From positions 14,036 through 78,035 of the forward strand of contig JABJKS010000084.1 in assembly GCA_018660265.1 (NCBI GenBank): a DNA stretch of 64,000 nt, written 5' to 3'. The stretch comes from Rhodospirillaceae bacterium. Its GTDB lineage: Bacteria; Pseudomonadota; Alphaproteobacteria; GCA-2731375. The notes beneath the pieces were generated by a model. That model did not search any database, was not told where the DNA came from, and saw only the letters and a list, made by a program, of their open reading frames with translations. Positions 58,928 through 64,000 of the stretch are shown here, piece by piece. Both the position numbers and the translations under genes were made by a program. Positions within the stretch are counted from its first letter, which is position 1. Each line of letters begins with the position of its first letter.

Positions 58928-60130
58928 ATGCGCACTGTATTTTGGCCCCTTGTTGGCACCACCTGGATGCAGACCGTCACTGCCATGATGTTTCTGACAG
59001 TGCCCGTGCTGGCCCCCGCCCTGGCAGATGATGTGGGCCTCCAGGCTAGCCACGTGGGTTTGTATACGGCTCTGGTGTTTCTGGGTGCCATGCCCATTTC
59101 CCTGGTCATGGGTGCCCTGACCAACCGTTTTGGTGCGCTTCGGGTGATGCAGTGCGGCATGGTGCTCTCTGCCACCGCTCTGTTGATATCAACCACCGGC
59201 CTGCTGCCCGTTATCCTGATCTGTGGTTTTCTTCTTGGTATGGGTTACGGCCCCAATACCCCGGGTGCCGCCCATATCCTGGCCCGCATCACCAAGCCCA
59301 AGGACCGCCCCCTGGTTTTTTCCATTAAGCAAAGTGGCGCGCCCCTGGGTGGATTTCTGGCCGGAATATTGGTGCCCTGGATTGTCATCAGCGCCGGCTG
59401 GCAGGCAGCCCTGATGGTTTCCGGTGGCCTGGGCCTGATCGCTGTGTTCATGGTCCAACCCTTGCGCACCAAATCTGATGACGACCGCCAACCGGGCCTG
59501 CCATTGTCGGCGCACGGGGTGGGCCAGCAATTGCGTCTGTTGGCGGGGAATGCGGCATTGCGCAAACTAACCCTGGCGAGCTTTATTTTCGCCGGCGTTC
59601 AGGCCTGTTTGTTCGCCTATCTGGTCAGCTTTCTGGTGGATCATGTGGGGCTGGATTTGATCCGCGCCGGGTTCGCCTATGCCTGTATGCAATTGATGGG
59701 TGTCGGTGCCCGCATTGGCTGGGGCTGGATCGCCGACCGCTTTGTCCGTGCTTCGATTGTGCTGGCGGGTCTGGGCCTTGCATCGGCCCTGCTCGTGGCC
59801 GTCGCGGCGCAGTTCAATGGCGAGTGGCCGTTCTGGCTTATCGTTACCGTTGCCGCCGCCATTGGCGCCACGGTGGCCAGCTGGAACGGTGTCTTCATGG
59901 CCGAGGTTATCCGTACAGCGCCCCCAGATCAGGTTAGTGCGGCAACCGGAGGGACGATTTTCTTTACTTATTTCGGGCTGGTGGTGGGGCCATTGGTTTT
60001 TGCCGCCCTGGTCGCCATAAGCGATGGTTACAGCCTGGCATTCTATGTCATCGCCGGGGCAATTTTCGCCGCCGCCCTATCAATTTTGCCGCGCCGCGAC
60101 AAAACGTCACCAAGCCGGCAAAATTCATAG
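58928..60130 (+). CDS. MFS transporter
   Basis: 12-TM topology with MFS loop motifs. Confidence 0.75.
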   Translation: MRTVFWPLVGTTWMQTVTAMMFLTVPVLAPALADDVGLQASHVGLYTALVFLGAMPISLVMGALTNRFGALRVMQCGMVLSATALLISTTGLLPVILICGFLLGMGYGPNTPGAAHILARITKPKDRPLVFSIKQSGAPLGGFLAGILVPWIVISAGWQAALMVSGGLGLIAVFMVQPLRTKSDDDRQPGLPLSAHGVGQQLRLLAGNAALRKLTLASFIFAGVQACLFAYLVSFLVDHVGLDLIRAGFAYACMQLMGVGARIGWGWIADRFVRASIVLAGLGLASALLVAVAAQFNGEWPFWLIVTVAAAIGATVASWNGVFMAEVIRTAPPDQVSAATGGTIFFTYFGLVVGPLVFAALVAISDGYSLAFYVIAGAIFAAALSILPRRDKTSPSRQNS

Positions 60131-60161
60131 ACTGGCAATAAAATGCTGCTATAAGGCCGCC

Positions 60162-60413
60162 ATGAGCATCCCAGATTTAAACATAGACGCCAATATTGGC
60201 GATCGTCAGTTCGACCAGGAAGAACAACCCATGTTCATGGTCATGGGCGGTGAAGTCCATGATCCGCGCGGGGCCGAATTCGTTGACCTGTCCGCCCTGG
60301 ATATCTGCGGCGTCTTTCCCTCCTACGAGGCCGCCTTCAACGTCTGGCGCGGCGCGGCGCAAGCCACCGTGGACCGGGCCTTCATCAAATACATGATCAT
60401 CCGCCTGCGTTAG
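60162..60413 (+). CDS. DUF4170-like small conserved alphaproteobacterial protein
   Basis: ~83 aa. The motif pattern FMVMGGEV...DICGVFPSYEAA...W...A...VD.A...Y.I..L is typical of this family. The start is assigned to the internal ATG at 60162. Confidence 0.55.
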   Translation: MSIPDLNIDANIGDRQFDQEEQPMFMVMGGEVHDPRGAEFVDLSALDICGVFPSYEAAFNVWRGAAQATVDRAFIKYMIIRLR

Positions 60414-60446
60414 AGCGTGTCGCGGCTAGCGTCTTAAGTCAGCCAA

Positions 60447-61298
60447 TCAGGGCATGGGAATATTCGCCGGTGCCACGGGTAATCCGGCAACGTCGGCGCG
60501 CATGCGATAGACCGTACCGGAATGATCACTGTCCGTGCCGCCTGAACCAGTAACGATATATAGATCCATCAGGTCGTCGCCGCCGAAACAGACAGACGTG
60601 ACCATGGGTAATTCCACGGGAATTGATTTTCGCAGACTGCCGTCCGGCTCAAAAACATCAACCCTTGAGCCGTGCGCCATGGCAACCCAGACGCTGCCGT
60701 CTACGGCCACCTTCAGGCCATCGGGGGTCGCACCCGCAATCTCGGCGAAGGTGCGATGGGGGCTCAGGTCGCCGTTCTCTTCCACATCGTAAACACGGAT
60801 CAGGCTGCGCCGGGATTCCGAATGGTATAACTTTGTGCCGTCGGGGGAAAATCCCATGCCATTGGTCAACATGATGTCATGCCCGACCACCCGGTAACTA
60901 CCGTCCAGGTCAATACAGAACAGGGTGGCCGGCTTGGGCGTATCATCGCTGCCCACGGGACGGAAGGACAATGCACCCGCGTAAATGCGGCCCTTGGCAT
61001 CCGTGGTAATATCGTTGAAACCGATCCAGCCGCCGTCAGGGTTGTCAGGCAGTAAAACCTGGGTGGGGCCACCATCCGCGGGCTTGAGAGAGATATTGCG
61101 TCCAGAGACGACGATGCCGCCGTTTTCATGCAAGGCCATACCGCCAATGCCCCGGCGATGTTCGATGACTTGGGAGATGCTGCCGTCAGGGGCCAGACAA
61201 AAGGCCCCGCCATCAATGACGTCGGAGAAAATTAAGCCCCGTTTATCATCCCACACCGGCCCTTCGATCAATGTGTAGCCCGTGGCCAAAGTTTCCAT
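60447..61298 (-). CDS. SMP-30/gluconolactonase/LRE family protein (second paralog)
   Basis: LIEGPVWD...NG..FSPDG...PDGL lactonase beta-propeller motifs. Confidence 0.75.
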   Translation of the reverse strand: METLATGYTLIEGPVWDDKRGLIFSDVIDGGAFCLAPDGSISQVIEHRRGIGGMALHENGGIVVSGRNISLKPADGGPTQVLLPDNPDGGWIGFNDITTDAKGRIYAGALSFRPVGSDDTPKPATLFCIDLDGSYRVVGHDIMLTNGMGFSPDGTKLYHSESRRSLIRVYDVEENGDLSPHRTFAEIAGATPDGLKVAVDGSVWVAMAHGSRVDVFEPDGSLRKSIPVELPMVTSVCFGGDDLMDLYIVTGSGGTDSDHSGTVYRMRADVAGLPVAPANIPMP

Positions 61299-61321
61299 GA
61301 TGGCGTCTCCTATATAGATAT

Positions 61322-62908
61322 TTATTCCGCTGAGAGATCATCCCCCGCCAGGGCCCGGCGCACAAGGGCCGCAGTCTCGGAGACACCATAAAGCGCGGCG
61401 AAGGAACCAAAGCGCGGCCCCTGGCTTTGCCCGAACAGAACCTCGTACAGGGCTTTGAACCAATCGCGCAGGTTCTCGAATTCGTGGGTTTTACCGATCT
61501 CGTAAACCTGGTTCTGAATATCTGTGCCCGAAAGCCCTGGGTCCATGGCCTCCAGTGCTGCTAACAGATCCTCCATCGCCGCCCGTTCCTGATCGGTCGG
61601 TTGGCGATAGATCTTAAAGGGCTTCACGAAATCCCGGTAATAATTGATGGCATAACCCACCAAGGCATCCAGGGTGGGGTGATTTTCCGGCGTGGCGCCA
61701 GGGGCATAGCGGGTGATGAAGCCCCAGAGCACGCTTGGATCCTCTGAATGGCAGGCCCCGGCCAGGTTCATCAACAACGCGAAGGTGAGCGGTACGTCTT
61801 CCTGGGGTGGGGTGCCGCCATGAATGTGCCAGGCGGGGTTGGCCAGTTTCTCAGACTCTTCCTGGCCGTGAAAGCTATCGAGAAACCGCAGATAGTCGTC
61901 CACCGCCCGGGGGATAACATCAAAAAACAGGCGCTTGGCCCGGCGCGGTTGCTGGAACATATATAGCGACAGGCTTTCCGGCGTGGCATAGCGCAACCAT
62001 TCATCGATGGTCAGACCATTGCCACGGGATTTCGAGATTTTCTCGCCGTTTTCATCCAGGAACAGCTCATAGGTGAAGCTTTCAGGCGGTCGGGCACCCA
62101 AAATGCGGCAGATCTTGGAAGACAGGCGCACGGATTCGATCAGATCCTTGCCCGACATCTCATAGTCCACATCTAGGGCGAACCAGCGCATGGCCCAATC
62201 CGCCTTCCATTGCAGCTTGCAATGTCCCCCCGTCACCGGCACCTCAACCTGTCCGCCGGCCTCGTTCTCATAGACAATCGTGCCCGCATCCAGATCCCGC
62301 GCAATAATCGGCACCTGCAAAACACGTCCCGTATCCGGACAAAGAGGTAAAAACGGGCTGTAGGTGGCCTGACGCTCTTTGCCCAAGGTCGGCAGGATAA
62401 CGCCCATGACCTTGTCGTATTGCCGCAATACGGCCAGCAAGGCAGCATCAAACTGTCCGGATTTATAACAATCCGTGGAACTGACGAACTCATACTCAAA
62501 GCCGAATTGATCCAAAAATGTCTGCAGGCGCGCGTTATTATGGGCGCCAAAGCTGTCATGGGTGCCAAACGGATCAGGCACCTGTGTCAAGGGCATCTCC
62601 AGATGCCCGGTCAACATTTCCTGATTGGGGACATTGTCGGGCACTTTGCGCAGGCCATCCATGTCGTCAGAAAACGCCACCAGGCGGGTTGGAATATCGC
62701 ACAGCTCGTGGAAGGCCCGGCGCACCATGGAGGTTCGCGCCACCTCACCGAAAGTCCCGATATGCGGCAGGCCCGAGGGGCCATAACCGGTCTCGAACAG
62801 CACATGACCTTTATCCGGCGTCTTGCCGTTAACCCGTTTCAACAGGTTACGGGCCTCTTGAAAGGGCCAAGCCTTACTTTCTGTCGCCAGTTCTGTGTTT
62901 TTCGCCAT
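61322..62908 (-). CDS. lysS: Lysine--tRNA ligase, class I (archaeal/alphaproteobacterial LysK-type)
   Basis: Class I HIGH motif ([12 protein letters not shown]) and KMSKS-like motif (KISKSRGN), with overall LysRS-I architecture. The start is assigned to MAKNTE. Confidence 0.9.
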   Translation of the reverse strand: MAKNTELATESKAWPFQEARNLLKRVNGKTPDKGHVLFETGYGPSGLPHIGTFGEVARTSMVRRAFHELCDIPTRLVAFSDDMDGLRKVPDNVPNQEMLTGHLEMPLTQVPDPFGTHDSFGAHNNARLQTFLDQFGFEYEFVSSTDCYKSGQFDAALLAVLRQYDKVMGVILPTLGKERQATYSPFLPLCPDTGRVLQVPIIARDLDAGTIVYENEAGGQVEVPVTGGHCKLQWKADWAMRWFALDVDYEMSGKDLIESVRLSSKICRILGARPPESFTYELFLDENGEKISKSRGNGLTIDEWLRYATPESLSLYMFQQPRRAKRLFFDVIPRAVDDYLRFLDSFHGQEESEKLANPAWHIHGGTPPQEDVPLTFALLMNLAGACHSEDPSVLWGFITRYAPGATPENHPTLDALVGYAINYYRDFVKPFKIYRQPTDQERAAMEDLLAALEAMDPGLSGTDIQNQVYEIGKTHEFENLRDWFKALYEVLFGQSQGPRFGSFAALYGVSETAALVRRALAGDDLSAE

Positions 62909-63030
62909 GATACTCAATTCCTTGCGGGACCCCAACGAGGGCCTTGCCGGGGGGAGTGGGACATTAGGCAATTATTTCGTTACGTCAACCGGTGGTGGGC
63001 CTGCATCTGTGGGCTTATAGTGCGGCCAAG

Positions 63031-64000
63031 ATGAACACACCAGAGCCTCAAGCCATTTCCTTTTCCGCGCCCAGCATGGTGGCGGGTACGCGCCTGACCA
63101 CATGGTTGAGCGTGGATGGTGAAGTAGAGGAATTATCCAGCCCCGCGGCCCTGACGAAGGCGCGCGAGACCACCCCCATTGTTTGCCATACATTGGCCAC
63201 AGCACGACGCCTCAACACACGATCTTTGGTCGCGTTGGATGTGTTGGAGCTGTATGCCTTTTCCAGGCCGGCACAGTTTTGCCTGCCCACACCGGGGGGG
63301 TTGGCAGCCGCCCTGAACCTTGCCCCACCAGGCGATGCGGTGGATGCCGCCCTGATCCTGCAACAATCAGCCAAGGCGTTATTAAAGGAACTCGCGGCAA
63401 CTCTCGAACATCGCGATCGTCTGGGTGCCATCGCCATGACAATGGCCCAGGGAGGCTGGCGCTGGGGGCCGGCTGTCTTGGCCGCCCTGGGCATCCCTGC
63501 GGACGGCAATGGCGCGGGCGCATTGGCGGCCTGGCAACGCCTGCCCGAGAGGGAAGACGGCGCACCACCCCCCGCGCCCAGCGACCATGCCATCAGTGAA
63601 GAAGCAGCGCGGGATCAGTTGGCTGAATTGGTTGGTGCAGGGGCGGAAGCCCGGCCACAGCAATTCGACTATGCCGCCGCCACAGCGCATGCATTTATTC
63701 CCCGCCAGGAAGTTGATATGCCGCGTCTGGTCCTGGCCGAAGCGGGGACAGGCGTGGGTAAGACATTGGGTTATATCGCACCGGCCAGTCTGTGGGCCCG
63801 CAAGAACGGCGGTACGGTCTGGCTGTCCACCTATACCCGCAACCTGCAACGACAGATTGATGGGGAGCTGGACCGTCTGTATCCGGACCCGGCCCAAAAA
63901 CGCCGCAATGTGGTGGTCCGCAAGGGCCGGGAGAATTATCTGTGCCTGCTGAATTATGAAGACGCCACCAAGGCGCTGGCGACGTCACCTGGCGGCACCG
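63031..64000 (+). CDS. DinG/Rad3-family ATP-dependent DNA helicase, 3'-truncated by the window edge
   Basis: Not in the ORF track because no stop occurs before the window end. The frame is open from the ATG at 63031, and Walker A reads LAEAGTGVGKTLGYIAPA. Confidence 0.7.
   Translation, partial: MNTPEPQAISFSAPSMVAGTRLTTWLSVDGEVEELSSPAALTKARETTPIVCHTLATARRLNTRSLVALDVLELYAFSRPAQFCLPTPGGLAAALNLAPPGDAVDAALILQQSAKALLKELAATLEHRDRLGAIAMTMAQGGWRWGPAVLAALGIPADGNGAGALAAWQRLPEREDGAPPPAPSDHAISEEAARDQLAELVGAGAEARPQQFDYAAATAHAFIPRQEVDMPRLVLAEAGTGVGKTLGYIAPASLWARKNGGTVWLSTYTRNLQRQIDGELDRLYPDPAQKRRNVVVRKGRENYLCLLNYEDATKALATSPGGT

Overview
High-GC (~60%) chromosomal window, most consistent with a Rhodospirillales-like alphaproteobacterium, although that placement is a guess. 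It is densely packed with mostly metabolic and housekeeping genes. No CRISPR array, IS element, transposon, prophage or tRNA/rRNA gene is detectable. Gene order (strand in parentheses): partial penicillin acylase; BNR-repeat protein; creatininase; RDD protein; an orphan motA-motB stator pair (-); flavin reductase; ilvA (-) divergent from a TrkA-C-containing DASS/SLC13 permease; bpt; enoyl-CoA hydratase; a 418-nt gene-free gap; cupin (-); recO-parC; acyl-CoA ligase; a small oxygenase/hydratase catabolic cluster; trmFO; a phytoene-synthase-like pseudo-enzyme (-); MFS; a ~11 kb form-II-type Mo-hydroxylase cluster (coxG-S-L-M | coxD-coxE-split xdhC-MoCF-binding/MocA fusion-MaoC-LLM oxidoreductase, all on the minus strand); dienelactone hydrolase; a secreted His/Arg-rich protein (-); sthA; a stand-alone receiver plus a membrane-anchored hypothetical protein; paaI-prpE; a sigma-54-driven urtABCDE-ureDABCEFG urea uptake/urease locus; folE; a lactonase/oxidoreductase/MFS islet; DUF4170; class I lysyl-tRNA synthetase (-); and a partial DinG-family helicase running off the 3' end. 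I found no clear-cut novel defence or mobile system. The candidates most worth a second look are the uncharacterised-substrate Mo-hydroxylase cluster, the receiver/hypothetical pair, the 418-nt non-coding gap, the conserved repeats around the urtA sigma-54 promoter, the folE leader, and the catalytically dead phytoene-synthase homologue.
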